Positions 16,271 through 25,564 of a stretch of DNA of 32,000 nt are shown piece after piece. Source of the DNA: Idiomarina loihiensis L2TR (GTDB lineage Bacteria > Pseudomonadota > Gammaproteobacteria > Enterobacterales > Alteromonadaceae); assembly GCF_000008465.1 (NCBI RefSeq), contig NC_006512.1, positions 300,001 through 332,000 on the forward strand, given 5' to 3'. The notes below the pieces were generated by a model. That model made no database searches and was not told the origin of the DNA. It was given only the letters and a program-made list of their open reading frames with translations. The first letter of the stretch is position 1; the number at the start of each line of letters is the position of its first letter. The translations under genes and the position numbers were made by a program.

Positions 16271-16432
16271 ATGACACACTTCAAAATGGATGAAAAACTA
16301 CCCAACTCTTTGCGATGGTTTATGAGCCAAAACTTGCATAACTTTGCTCCCTGGACTTTGTTGGACAGGAACTCCCAATACGAAATTATTACCGAAGGTG
16401 TTGAAGGAGGGGCCGGTACTGGGAAAGAATAA
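16271..16432 (+). CDS. 53-aa ORF, possible gene fragment (below the track size cut-off)
   Basis: ATG 16271 follows AAGGGA. Translation is MTHFKMDEKLPNSLRWFMSQNLHNFAPWTLLDRNSQYEIITEGVEGGAGTGKE. The LPxxxxWFM opening faintly resembles SMI1/KNR4 (SUKH) N-termini and the tail is low complexity. It may not be expressed. Confidence 0.3.
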   Translation: MTHFKMDEKLPNSLRWFMSQNLHNFAPWTLLDRNSQYEIITEGVEGGAGTGKE

Positions 16433-16470
16433 AGGCGAGCTAACGCATTAACTACAAGGAGGTTTTATTT

Positions 16471-16881
16471 ATGTCTTCACCGCAGGTTGGAGTGGGTGTT
16501 CTTATCATTCGAAATGGTCGTGTACTTCTGGGTAAAAGGAAAGGCGCTCACGGCGCTGGTACCTGGTCTGCGCCAGGCGGACATCTTGAATTTGGCGAGT
16601 CGATTGAAGACTGTGCACGACGTGAAGTTCTGGAAGAAACCGGGCTGGAACTCACAACTGTTCGGAACGGGCCTTTCACCAACAACGTGTTCCAGGCAGA
16701 TAATAAGCACTATGTAACCATTTTTGCGCTGGCGGAGCCTTTGAACGGAGAAGCTAAAACTCTGGAGCCTGATAAGTGCGAGGGTTGGGACTGGTTTGAC
16801 TGGAATACGCTTCCGCAGCCGTTATTTCCGCCATTAAAAACGCTTATTCGTGAGGGATACACTCTTACCGACTGGCTTTGA
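16471..16881 (+). CDS. NUDIX hydrolase
   Basis: Nudix box GGHLEFGESIEDCARREVLEETGLE. AAGGAGG RBS 7 nt upstream. Confidence 0.92.
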   Translation: MSSPQVGVGVLIIRNGRVLLGKRKGAHGAGTWSAPGGHLEFGESIEDCARREVLEETGLELTTVRNGPFTNNVFQADNKHYVTIFALAEPLNGEAKTLEPDKCEGWDWFDWNTLPQPLFPPLKTLIREGYTLTDWL

Positions 16882-16906
16882 ATTTAAAAGCTGTATGCAG
16901 TTGAGC

Positions 16907-16937
16907 AAAAAAGCTACCAATAATTGGTAGCTTTTTT
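16907..16937. terminator. bidirectional rho-independent terminator
   Basis: AAAAAAGCTACCAA-TAA-TTGGTAGCTTTTTT: a 9-bp perfect stem (16912-16920 / 16924-16932) flanked by an A-run and a T-run. It lies between the convergent NUDIX and GntR genes. Confidence 0.85.
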
Positions 16938-17045
16938 GTTGTAGTCTGACTTATTCCGTAATCTAAATTAAAACGAGTAACGCACGCCCAATGCAAATGT
17001 GCGTGAATAAATGGCGTTATTAAAATTGAACAGATTATCGTTGTC

Positions 17046-17777
17046 TTAAACCGGTGTTTTGTGCAGTTCCGCCAGTGTGTGCTCCAGAGCATGTCTGGCG
17101 TTGACTAAAAGCGTCTGCATTTCTTCACGGGCGACTACCGGGCTCTGCTCTTTAATGGCCATGAACACTGCTTTATGACCGGGTAGTGAATCGACATATT
17201 CTTCCGCTATAGCACTGCTTAAACGAAATGAATTTTCCAGAGCAGTTTCAATGGTTACACCTAACGACGCCATAAATTCGTTATTAGTGGCTTCCAGTAA
17301 AGCTAAGTGAAACTCTAAGTCGCTTTTGTACACAGCGTCAGTACCAATTTGAGCCTCTTCCATTGCCTGGTAAGCTTCAGTTAATGCGGCTAACTGCTCG
17401 TCAGTACGGTGCATAGCTGCCAGACTGGCTGCATTAGGCTCAATAATTTCCCGCATTTCATACAGCGACATGTAAAACTTCGTGTCTGGGTTGCTGCTAA
17501 AACACCAGCGCAAAACTTCCGCGTCAAACATATTCCAGTTTTTACGCGGACGGACTCTCGTGCCCAGTTTCGGACGGGATTCGATTAGCCCTTTAGCGGT
17601 TAACAGCTTAAAGGCTTCACGTAATGCTGTGCGCGATACACCCAGCTCTGCACCAATGTCATTTTCATTCGGGATATACTGACCAGGCAAATAGACGCCA
17701 CCCACGATTCGAGAACCCAGTTCCTGAGCAACCCAGGAGTGGATACTTTGTGGTCTGCTTCGGGTTGCGCTTTTCAT
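17046..17777 (-). CDS. GntR-family transcriptional regulator, FadR subfamily (FCD domain)
   Basis: The N-terminal wHTH GAELGVSRTALREAFKLLTAKGLIESRPKLGTRV is followed by a C-terminal all-helical FCD-like domain. Confidence 0.92.
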   Translation of the reverse strand: MKSATRSRPQSIHSWVAQELGSRIVGGVYLPGQYIPNENDIGAELGVSRTALREAFKLLTAKGLIESRPKLGTRVRPRKNWNMFDAEVLRWCFSSNPDTKFYMSLYEMREIIEPNAASLAAMHRTDEQLAALTEAYQAMEEAQIGTDAVYKSDLEFHLALLEATNNEFMASLGVTIETALENSFRLSSAIAEEYVDSLPGHKAVFMAIKEQSPVVAREEMQTLLVNARHALEHTLAELHKTPV

Positions 17778-17984
17778 GTGTCTTCCCTTGCATGTGGTGA
17801 TGATGCGATTTTGTTCATATTAGCGTTTTTTCTCTGTAAGCGTAACCCGAATGAAATAGTGAGTGTAAATAAATGTAATTTTTGTACCTAAAGCTGGTGT
17901 GATGCATGCAAGTTAGTCTAAATACTCTAAGCTTTATCCAAAAAATGACTAACGGGCGTGCGCGCCCACTTAAAGGAGAAAATT

Positions 17985-18407
17985 ATGTCACGGATTTTAC
18001 TATCAGGCATGCTGCTTCTAGCCTGCTCATTCTCGGTTTTGGCAAATGACCTGAAACCGGGTTTATGGGAGGTCACTTCTTCAATGGAAGGAGAGGGGAT
18101 CCCTAAGCAGCTTAAGCGTGAAAAAAATTCGCAGGAGTGCCTTACCGCCGAAGAGGGTGACGACATGGTCGCTACAATGCGCAAACGCTGGAATGAAATA
18201 GGATGTCAGGATATGGATATCTCCCGGGATGGTGATAACATTAAAGTCGCAGCTTCATGCGAAGCAGGTGGGCGAACCACGCAAGTCGATGCGTTGATTA
18301 CGGTACACAGCAACGAACATTATTCCAGTGAGGTTACAACCACTAACGATAGCTCAGTAACGACCTATCGTGAGGCTACCTGGGTATCGTCGGAGTGCGA
18401 GCAATAA
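17985..18407 (+). CDS. DUF3617 family lipoprotein/secreted protein
   Basis: MSRILLSGMLLLACSFSVLAND is followed by LKPGLWEV, the hallmark DUF3617 start. AAAGGAG lies 6 nt upstream of ATG 17985. Confidence 0.8.
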   Translation: MSRILLSGMLLLACSFSVLANDLKPGLWEVTSSMEGEGIPKQLKREKNSQECLTAEEGDDMVATMRKRWNEIGCQDMDISRDGDNIKVAASCEAGGRTTQVDALITVHSNEHYSSEVTTTNDSSVTTYREATWVSSECEQ

Positions 18408-18416
18408 GAGGATGCT

Positions 18417-18881
18417 ATGACTCCTGCAATTGATGTAGCGAAAGAGAATGAAATTTCTTTTAAAGTACACGAATATTCTCATGACCCGGCCAGTGAATCT
18501 TATGGGGGCGAAGCCGCCGAGAAGTTGGGCGTTCCGCAGGAACAAGTATTCAAAACCTTAGTTGTCAGTCTTGACGGTAAAGAATTGGCTGTAGGTATCA
18601 TTCCGGTTTTGTCACGGCTAAGCCTTAAATTGATAGCAAAAGCTCTGGGTGCCAAGAAGGCTGCCATGGCAACCGGAAGCGATGTCGAACGTACTACGGG
18701 TTATGTTCTGGGAGGCGTTAGTCCGCTTGGCCAGAAAAAGCAGCTCAGAACCATAATTGATACCTCTGCAACTTATAACCCCACTGTATTTATAAGCGCC
18801 GGGCGTAGGGGGGTAGATATGGAATTAACCCCTGAAGATTTAAAAACGCTGGTGAGGGGGGAATTTGTTAATATTACTTAA
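18417..18881 (+). CDS. ybaK: Cys-tRNA(Pro)/Cys-tRNA(Cys) deacylase YbaK
   Basis: MTPAIDVAKENEISFKVHEYSHDP...QVFKTLVV...GYVLGGVSPLGQKK...ISAGRRG is collinear with YbaK-type trans-editing proteins. Confidence 0.9.
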   Translation: MTPAIDVAKENEISFKVHEYSHDPASESYGGEAAEKLGVPQEQVFKTLVVSLDGKELAVGIIPVLSRLSLKLIAKALGAKKAAMATGSDVERTTGYVLGGVSPLGQKKQLRTIIDTSATYNPTVFISAGRRGVDMELTPEDLKTLVRGEFVNIT

Positions 18882-18890
18882 CGGAAAAGC

Positions 18891-19223
18891 ATGTTTAAAA
18901 GGCTCCAGCGGCAAAGTCATCAGGTGGGCGATACGCAAATATTGGTATCTTATGACCGCCTGACCAGCCGGTTTCAAATCTCTAATGGAAATACTGTGGT
19001 ATACAGCCGCTCTCTGCTGCTGTTGCCATTTATCCGTTCAAGTATCGTTATTTCCAACAGCACCTATTCTTTAAAGGTGATTTCTTTTGTTTTATGGCGC
19101 GCAAAGTTAGAGCAAGGCGGGAAGGTTGTTATTTCTGAGCTACTCCGACCTCGACGCGCCAAATCCATAGCTTCAATTGCGTACGGCGCAGTAATGAGTG
19201 TATTGCGGTTTTTTGTGGGTTAA
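18891..19223 (+). CDS. hypothetical protein
   Basis: 110-aa ORF starting 9 nt after ybaK. No recognisable motif and a hydrophobic C-terminus. Coding status is supported only by length and position. Confidence 0.45.
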   Translation: MFKRLQRQSHQVGDTQILVSYDRLTSRFQISNGNTVVYSRSLLLLPFIRSSIVISNSTYSLKVISFVLWRAKLEQGGKVVISELLRPRRAKSIASIAYGAVMSVLRFFVG

Positions 19224-19306
19224 TTGTAAGACAAATAAATTAGCGCGGAGTGAGTGACTTCTGCGCGAGGCGTAGCTTTAACCATAATGTATTAGTAATT
19301 ATTGAT

Positions 19307-20599
19307 TTAATGGTTACGAGCTGAATCCTTGCTAGAGACTAGATAGCCATTTTTCCATACTCTTAGTGGCTCTAATATGGTTTTCAGATCCTTATAAGGC
19401 GATTTTTGAAGCAGTAAAAAGTCAGCTTTCATTCCTTCTCTAATGCGGCCTCGATCTGCTAGTGAGAAAGCATCCGCGGGTTTTGATGTAGCTGACTTTA
19501 AAATGGCTTCAGTTGGCATGCCTGCCTCCTGGAAAAGAAGCAGTTCAACTAATAATGACCAGCCATGAGCGGTATTAGGGTTGGGAGCATCGCTGCCAGC
19601 CAAAATAGGAATACCAGTATTGTGCATACGTTTTGTATTGATGAGTAAGTTGGTATAAAAGTGTTCAGGAAATCGGCCGCTGTTAGGAAAGTTACGATTG
19701 AGTGTCGATTTTGCGCTGGCACTTATTTTCAGCGTCTCGTTATTCAGTAGAATTTCATCATTGATGGAGCCGCGCAGCATCCCCTCATAAACTGTCATTG
19801 TTGGAATTACAAACACACCGTTGATTTTTAGAAGGGCGAGCAGTTCGTCAGAAACAGGCTGGTCAAAAAAGCTGTGTACCAAGCCATCGGCTCCGGCTTC
19901 AACTGCATCTAGAGCGGAATCATGATCGGCAATATGAACAACGGCTAAATAATTCTGTTTATGCGCAGCCCTAATAGCTGCCTGCAGACCTTGCTCTGAA
20001 ATTGATGGTGCGTGTGCGTAGGCTGAACCGTTGCGAGTATACACTATCTTGATGAAATCTGAGCCTGCATTAATACGTTGTTTTATCAGTTTTTCGGCCT
20101 CTTGTGGTTTGGAAAGCGTAGATACCTCAATACCGTACTGTGTCCCATGCCCATTCGGTGCGGTTATTAGTAATCCGGCACCAAAAATATCAGCCTTACG
20201 ACTAAACTTCGTTGTTGCTCTCTGGGGTTGATGTTGCCGCAGGAAGTTTGGATGACCAAACATATCAATAACGGTGGTTACTCCTCGTTCAAGGCTTTGT
20301 TCTAATGCATCGCCCCAGGTATGCACATGAGCATCGATGAGACCGGGAACAAGCCAACGGTTTTGTCCATCTACTTTCCGTAACTGACTGTCCGGTTGCT
20401 CCATGTGCAAGTCTTTGATATACCCATCGAGTACTTCAACATAAGCCGCTTTTGAAATGGTTTCCCCGTCAAAAATCTTAACCGGGCCCAGAATAAAACT
20501 GTTACTGTTTTCGGCGCTTTCTTGCCGGGGTGTTGGCAGCGAAAGAATGATCAAAGCAATAGCTGCTACAAAAAGTGCTGCGACAATTTTAATCTTCAT
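19307..20599 (-). CDS. secreted amidohydrolase-superfamily protein (paralogue of 9121..10482)
   Basis: N-terminal signal/anchor MKIKIVAALFVAAIALIIL. Motifs LVPGLIDAHVHTWGD, VVHIADHDS...GADGLVH and ILAGSDAPN. Collinear motif-for-motif with the 453-aa amidohydrolase. Confidence 0.87.
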   Translation of the reverse strand: MKIKIVAALFVAAIALIILSLPTPRQESAENSNSFILGPVKIFDGETISKAAYVEVLDGYIKDLHMEQPDSQLRKVDGQNRWLVPGLIDAHVHTWGDALEQSLERGVTTVIDMFGHPNFLRQHQPQRATTKFSRKADIFGAGLLITAPNGHGTQYGIEVSTLSKPQEAEKLIKQRINAGSDFIKIVYTRNGSAYAHAPSISEQGLQAAIRAAHKQNYLAVVHIADHDSALDAVEAGADGLVHSFFDQPVSDELLALLKINGVFVIPTMTVYEGMLRGSINDEILLNNETLKISASAKSTLNRNFPNSGRFPEHFYTNLLINTKRMHNTGIPILAGSDAPNPNTAHGWSLLVELLLFQEAGMPTEAILKSATSKPADAFSLADRGRIREGMKADFLLLQKSPYKDLKTILEPLRVWKNGYLVSSKDSARNH

Positions 20600-20612
20600 T
20601 TATCTGAACCTT

Positions 20613-21350
20613 TTAACGAGAAAGTCGCTGATAACGCCAATAAATTACGGCGATTAATACGCCACAAAAAGCGACAAGATAAAGCCCGTGTAGCCATAAG
20701 TTATGGCCTTGATTTGTACCGATAACGGCATGTGCCAGTTGAGAATAGTGATACGAGGGAAGCCCATAAGCGATGTAACGAACGGTGTCGGGTAAGAATT
20801 GAATAGGAACCCATAGGCCGGATAAAAATGCCATGGGTAAATAAACTAAATTGACGACAGCAGGGGCCGCTTTGTCAGACAGGCACAGACCCATAAGTAA
20901 TCCAATTAAGGCAAATGGCAGGGTTCCTATCAGTAACACAGTGAATAATGTGGCCCATTGCCATAACAAAAGCTGCACGTCGGCAAAAAGTGCTGCCGTA
21001 ATAAACAACATTAAGGCAATGCAGGCGGCAAACACCAAACTGCTAAAGAATTTAGCGACCACATAAGCAGAAAGAGGCATGGGCGAAATGCGCTTCAGTG
21101 TAAGCCAGCCTTGTGCCCTGTCGCTAGCAACAGCTGTTGCGTAGTTAAATAATGCTGGCCCCATCATGCCAAAACAGGCGTATGAAACCAGCATATACTC
21201 GCCTTGTGCCGCGCTAAAGTTAAAGACAATACCGAAGAACACGTAAAACACGAGTGGAAATAACATGGCAGGTAAAAAGAATGCGGGCGTGCGCCATAAG
21301 CTGAGCAAGTCGTAGAGGCTTTCTTTTAAATAAATATCCGAATTAAGCAT
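20613..21350 (-). CDS. ABC-2 type transporter permease
   Basis: Six predicted TM helices. The start at 21350 (MLNSDIYLK) gives an 8-nt ATGCTTAA overlap with the ATPase stop. The track extension to 21491 lies inside the ATPase gene. Confidence 0.87.
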   Translation of the reverse strand: MLNSDIYLKESLYDLLSLWRTPAFFLPAMLFPLVFYVFFGIVFNFSAAQGEYMLVSYACFGMMGPALFNYATAVASDRAQGWLTLKRISPMPLSAYVVAKFFSSLVFAACIALMLFITAALFADVQLLLWQWATLFTVLLIGTLPFALIGLLMGLCLSDKAAPAVVNLVYLPMAFLSGLWVPIQFLPDTVRYIAYGLPSYHYSQLAHAVIGTNQGHNLWLHGLYLVAFCGVLIAVIYWRYQRLSR

Positions 21351-22068
21351 GAGCGGGCTCCCGAATAAGGTGTAAGTAGGCTGACTCCAGGGAACCGTGA
21401 TTGGCAATAACCTCGTTGACTGAACCCTGTGCAATAATTTGTCCGTCCCGTAAGACAGCAACACGATCGGCAAGTCGCTCTGCTTCTTCAATGTAATGAG
21501 TGGTTAGTACTAAAGCGCAGCCATGCTGTCGACGCTTATTTATCTGCTCCCAAAGCAAGTGGCGCGCTTCAACATCCATCCCTACGGTAGGTTCATCAAG
21601 AAAAAGTAAGTCGGGGTTTCCGGCTACCGAGATGGCAAACAGAACTTGCTGACGCTGGCCCCCTGATAACTTACCGAAGCGTTGCTTAGCAATGCCAGTT
21701 AAATCAAATTCCCTCAGTAAAACTTCTGGAGTGGCGCCTGACGGATAATAGCTACAAAATAAATCCAGTTGTTCAGCGACGGTCAAGTTTGCGTTTAGGG
21801 TACCAAGCTGCATCATAACCCCAACACGCTGACGGATGGTTAACGGTCTATGCTGACTATTGAGTTGAGTTCCCAGAACCTCTAAATGCTGAGCCTCATA
21901 ATCATGCATGCCAAGTATGCTGTGAATTAAGGTGGTTTTGCCTGCTCCATTTTTTCCAAGTACGGCAATGACTTCACCTGCATAGGCATTAAGGCTGACA
22001 TTGGTCAGCGCCGCTTTTTCGCCATAGTGTTTATTAAGCGACTGTACTTTAAGGTTTATCTGACTCAT
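21343..22068 (-). CDS. ABC transporter ATP-binding protein
   Basis: Walker A GKNGAGKTT, signature LSGGQRQ and Walker B LLFLDEPT. Confidence 0.93.
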   Translation of the reverse strand: MSQINLKVQSLNKHYGEKAALTNVSLNAYAGEVIAVLGKNGAGKTTLIHSILGMHDYEAQHLEVLGTQLNSQHRPLTIRQRVGVMMQLGTLNANLTVAEQLDLFCSYYPSGATPEVLLREFDLTGIAKQRFGKLSGGQRQQVLFAISVAGNPDLLFLDEPTVGMDVEARHLLWEQINKRRQHGCALVLTTHYIEEAERLADRVAVLRDGQIIAQGSVNEVIANHGSLESAYLHLIREPAHA

Positions 22069-22224
22069 TGGCGGTCTCTGTGAATTAATTCGCTGTTAAT
22101 AAGTCTATTCAGCTAGCCTTTGAGCCGGTAGTTGCTTATGTCACCAATTAGGAATGACATTTGTCACTGGTGTGCTTACCTTGTAGCAGCCATAATAAAA
22201 AGAGGAACAGCAAAGAGCAGCGGT

Positions 22225-23307
22225 ATGTCAGATAAGCAGCGGGTACGCGAACAAAAACATGCGTGGATTTACCTATTTAACCTCGGTTTCTATATTTTAC
22301 CGATGGTGCTTTTTCCGTATCAGGTTTGGGAAATTGCTGTCATGGTGGCGGCGCTGTTGGTTTTTATTGGTCTCTATTACTGTTGTTATTCGGTACCGCG
22401 GCAGCAAATGCTGTGGCCTATCCTTGGCATGTACATTATTGCTTGCGCAGTGACGCCACTAAACCCCGGGTCTATTGCTCTTTTTAGTTACGCGGGATTT
22501 TTTGTTGGCTTTGCCTATAACTGGCGGGTTGCGCTTGCGGCTGTTGCCGGCATTATTCTTACCTTAGCTACATTCCACTTTGGCCCGGGAACCAGCTGGG
22601 ATCTCTTTTTGCCCTACGGTATCGTCATTGTTGGCACTGTTTCTATTTTTGGTCGGGTTGAACGACTCAGACAGCAACATGCTGAAGAGCAAGAACGTGA
22701 TGCTGAAGAGATTGAGCGTTTAGCAACCAGTGTCGAACGGGAGCGGATAGCAAGGGACTTGCATGACATTTTGGGTCACACGCTTTCCAGTATTATTTTG
22801 AAGTCGGATCTCGCCAAGGCGCAACTTTCTAAGCAGCGTTACGATGAAGCTTCTGAGCAGTTAGTAGAGCTAAGTGAAATTGCTCGCGAATCCCTTTCGC
22901 AGGTGCGGCAAAGTGTTTCGGGGTACAAGCATGGAGGGCTACAGCTTGAGCTGAGACGACTTGAGCAGCGTTTGACTGACGGAGGCTTCAGTACTCGGAT
23001 AACCGGAACACCGCCGATAATAGATGAGCGACGGGAAACCTCATTGGTGTTAGCAATAACCGAATTGGTAACCAATATTATTCGTCACAGCAATGGTCAA
23101 CAATGCTTGATCCATTTTGACGAAACAGCAAACACTTACTGTATTAAAGTTGTGGATAATGGTCGTTGTCATGACGTGAGTGTGGGCAACGGTTTGAGCG
23201 GCGTTGAGCTGAGAATACAGGAGCTTGGCGGCTCGATGTCCATCTCAACAAACAAAGGGTGCGAGGTGGCTCTCTTCTTACCAAAACTCGCAGAACAACA
23301 GCCATGA
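22225..23307 (+). CDS. sensor histidine kinase, HisKA_3 (DesK/LiaS/NarX-like) class
   Basis: About 5 N-terminal TM helices, then the H-box ERERIARDLHDILGHTLSSI and a C-terminal HATPase (ELVTNIIRHS...DNG...GNGLSG). The start could also be 22138. Confidence 0.88.
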   Translation: MSDKQRVREQKHAWIYLFNLGFYILPMVLFPYQVWEIAVMVAALLVFIGLYYCCYSVPRQQMLWPILGMYIIACAVTPLNPGSIALFSYAGFFVGFAYNWRVALAAVAGIILTLATFHFGPGTSWDLFLPYGIVIVGTVSIFGRVERLRQQHAEEQERDAEEIERLATSVERERIARDLHDILGHTLSSIILKSDLAKAQLSKQRYDEASEQLVELSEIARESLSQVRQSVSGYKHGGLQLELRRLEQRLTDGGFSTRITGTPPIIDERRETSLVLAITELVTNIIRHSNGQQCLIHFDETANTYCIKVVDNGRCHDVSVGNGLSGVELRIQELGGSMSISTNKGCEVALFLPKLAEQQP

Positions 23308-23900
23308 AAATTCTTTTAGCTGAAGATCAAACCATGGTGAGAACTGCGCTGGCAAGTTTGTTGCGACTGGAGTCTGATTACCACGTCGATGAAGCCGTGG
23401 ATGGCGTTGATGCTCAGAAAAAATTACAAGAATCTGATTACGATGTGTTGTTGAGCGATATTGAAATGCCTAACCTTTCCGGTCTTGAGCTTGTCCAGTG
23501 GGCGCAGCAGCAACAACCAAACCTTCGTTCGGTTATTATCACCACCTTTAACCGTTCCGGTTATATTAAGCGAGCTATTGACTCAGGTGTTCGTGGTTTT
23601 CTACTAAAAGATGCGCCCATTAATGAACTGATCGCGTCGTTGCAACGGGTATGTCTGGGTGAGCAAGTGATAAGTAATGAGCTTCTTCTTCAGGCTCTGG
23701 GGCAGCATGACCCCTTGACAGAAAAAGAGCGTAAAGCACTACGTCTGGCAAGTCAGGGGTTAAGTACTCAAGCTATCGCAGAACAGTTATTCATTGCTCC
23801 AGGTACTGCTCGAAATTATCTTTCGGAGGCAATCAATAAACTGCATGCGAGCAACCGGACAGAGGCTGCTCGCATCGCTCATCAAAAAGGCTGGTTGTAA
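23304..23900 (+). CDS. NarL/FixJ (LuxR-type HTH) response regulator
   Basis: MKILLAEDQTMVR...VLLSDIEMPNLSG...FLLKD is the REC domain. LTEKERKALRLASQGLSTQAIAEQLFIAPGTARNYLSEAINKL is the LuxR HTH. ATGA overlap with the kinase stop. Confidence 0.93.
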   Translation: MKILLAEDQTMVRTALASLLRLESDYHVDEAVDGVDAQKKLQESDYDVLLSDIEMPNLSGLELVQWAQQQQPNLRSVIITTFNRSGYIKRAIDSGVRGFLLKDAPINELIASLQRVCLGEQVISNELLLQALGQHDPLTEKERKALRLASQGLSTQAIAEQLFIAPGTARNYLSEAINKLHASNRTEAARIAHQKGWL

Positions 23901-23910
23901 TAAGCTATAC

Positions 23911-23926
23911 GCCTTTTTTCAAAGGC
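23911..23926. terminator. small hairpin between convergent genes
   Basis: GCCTTT-TTTC-AAAGGC: a 6-bp stem abutting the stop of the minus-strand oxidoreductase. AT-rich and short, so weak. Confidence 0.35.
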
Positions 23927-24925
23927 TTAAAGCTTCACAATCAACTTACCTTTATTGTCGCCGGTAAAGAACATGTTCAGTCCCTCAATGGCTGATTCCA
24001 GCCCTTCAAGAATATGCGAACGGTGTTTTATTTTGCCGGACATAACGTAAGGCGTCAGTTGTTGCAGCAAGCTTGGAATTTGGTCGAAGTGATCTGGCAT
24101 GGTAAAGCCCTGAATTGTCAGCCGCTTTTTAATAACAGGCACCCAGCTTGGTCCGGGGCTGGGCACTTCTTTATCGTAGTCGGCTATCATGCCGCAAACC
24201 ACCACACGACCGTGCGCGTTCATACGTTCAACCACCAGGTTTTGAATGGGGCCGCCGGTATTTTCAAAGTATAAATCTACGCCATCAGGAGTCAGCTTAG
24301 TCAGTTGGTCGCGCAAATCATCAGTTTTATAATTAATCGCGCCGTCGAAACCAAGTTCGTTGACTATCCAGTTGGCTTTTTCGTCACTCCCGACAACACC
24401 TATCACTTTAAGGCCTTCGGCTTTTGCTATCTGACCGACAATTGAGCCGACTGAACCTGCAGCGCCTGTTACTACGATGGTTTCTCCATTTTTAGGTTTA
24501 CCTACATTAAGTAACCCTTGCGTAGCAGTTAACCCGGGTAAGGCGAATACTGAGAGTACAGTTTCGTCAGGTACGTCGGCCTGAACCTTGTTAATACCTT
24601 TTCCGTCGCTCAGTGCATATTCCTGCCAGCCCATCATGCCCATAACCCGGTCGCCGACTTCAAACTCAGGATGGTTACTCTCGACAACCTCTCCAACACC
24701 CGAGCTGCGCATTACCGTGTTTAATTCAACTGGTGGTATGTAGCTCTCTGTATCGGGGCTCATCCAGCCAAACATCGCAGGATCAAGCGACATTTGCCGC
24801 TGTTTTATTAATATTTCACCGGAACCGGCTTTCGGGAGCTCCTTTTCCGTTACTTCAAAAATGTTCGCTGAGACTGGGCCCGGCTCAGGGCGCTTAACCA
24901 GTTTAATCGCTTTATAAGTAGTCAT
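23927..24925 (-). CDS. NADP-dependent oxidoreductase, medium-chain reductase family (YncB/CurA / alkenal reductase-like)
   Basis: GETIVVTGAAGSVGSIVGQIAK Rossmann motif. The MDR layout with the typical C-terminus FTGDNKGKLIVKL matches this subfamily. Confidence 0.9.
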   Translation of the reverse strand: MTTYKAIKLVKRPEPGPVSANIFEVTEKELPKAGSGEILIKQRQMSLDPAMFGWMSPDTESYIPPVELNTVMRSSGVGEVVESNHPEFEVGDRVMGMMGWQEYALSDGKGINKVQADVPDETVLSVFALPGLTATQGLLNVGKPKNGETIVVTGAAGSVGSIVGQIAKAEGLKVIGVVGSDEKANWIVNELGFDGAINYKTDDLRDQLTKLTPDGVDLYFENTGGPIQNLVVERMNAHGRVVVCGMIADYDKEVPSPGPSWVPVIKKRLTIQGFTMPDHFDQIPSLLQQLTPYVMSGKIKHRSHILEGLESAIEGLNMFFTGDNKGKLIVKL

Positions 24926-25084
24926 AGAATTTCCTTGTTAACTATATGATTTAGATATTTCTTTTTACGATTGAAATAGCTCTGAGATCAGGGGAGATTC
25001 ATTTCTTTTAAAAAAAGTGTTATTTGAATTAACAATTTATTCTGTTAGTTGCTATATTGAAATTGCTGCTAAACAGGAGGCTTT

Positions 25085-25564
25085 ATGAAACTAATAAAAT
25101 TTTTTATATCTATTACTAGCATACTATCAATTGTGGCATGTTCTTCCTCGGTTGTTAAAGTAGGGCCGGATGGCTCGCATTGGAGGCTGCAAAGTTTTTT
25201 AGACGATGGACTACAAGAAACTGTCAAAGTCTATAATTACTGTTACAAAGGAAAGCAATCAAGCTTTGTTCCTGCGAGAGATTTCGAGAAGGGCTCGCAT
25301 TCGGTTGTTGCGCACGTTATCAAGCAATTTCATAGTGTTGACTCCAAACCTCTGGACGCCTTTGCGACATTAGATGGTCGTTTTGAAAGTGGGAAAACTT
25401 ACGTATTCCAAAATGCTATTGAAGATAATAAGGCTAAAGTATGGATTGCTAATGCCGAAACTGGAGAAGCTGTAACCTCGAAAGAAATGGTAAAGCTTAC
25501 TGTTCCCGATGTTGTTGATAACAAGCAGTACCAAAATCGGCGTTGTTCTGCCAGTACTTTGTAG
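25085..25564 (+). CDS. hypothetical lipoprotein
   Basis: MKLIKFFISITSILSIVAC carries a lipobox (IVA|C). AGGAGG RBS. No family recognised. Confidence 0.7.
   Translation: MKLIKFFISITSILSIVACSSSVVKVGPDGSHWRLQSFLDDGLQETVKVYNYCYKGKQSSFVPARDFEKGSHSVVAHVIKQFHSVDSKPLDAFATLDGRFESGKTYVFQNAIEDNKAKVWIANAETGEAVTSKEMVKLTVPDVVDNKQYQNRRCSASTL

Noticed and set aside
16980-17004. Hairpin ACGCAC..GTGCGT downstream of the GntR-family gene
   Set aside because: The 6-bp stem has a 13-nt loop. The strong bidirectional terminator at 16907-16937 already explains termination for both convergent genes.
17954-17967. GC-rich hairpin GGGCG-TGCG-CGCCC just upstream of the DUF3617 RBS
   Set aside because: The stem is only 5 bp, it does not overlap the Shine-Dalgarno sequence or the start codon, and no repeat copies occur elsewhere in the window. 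This is insufficient to call a regulatory element.
21351-21491. N-terminal extensions offered by the ORF track (also 806-811, 4624-4665, 6782-6832, 12511-12522, 17958-17984, 22132-22224, 23259-23303, 30041-30088)
   Set aside because: The extensions overlap the upstream gene or lack an RBS. Internal starts give canonical N-termini (signal peptides, lipoboxes, REC domain starts) and typical ATGA or short overlaps.
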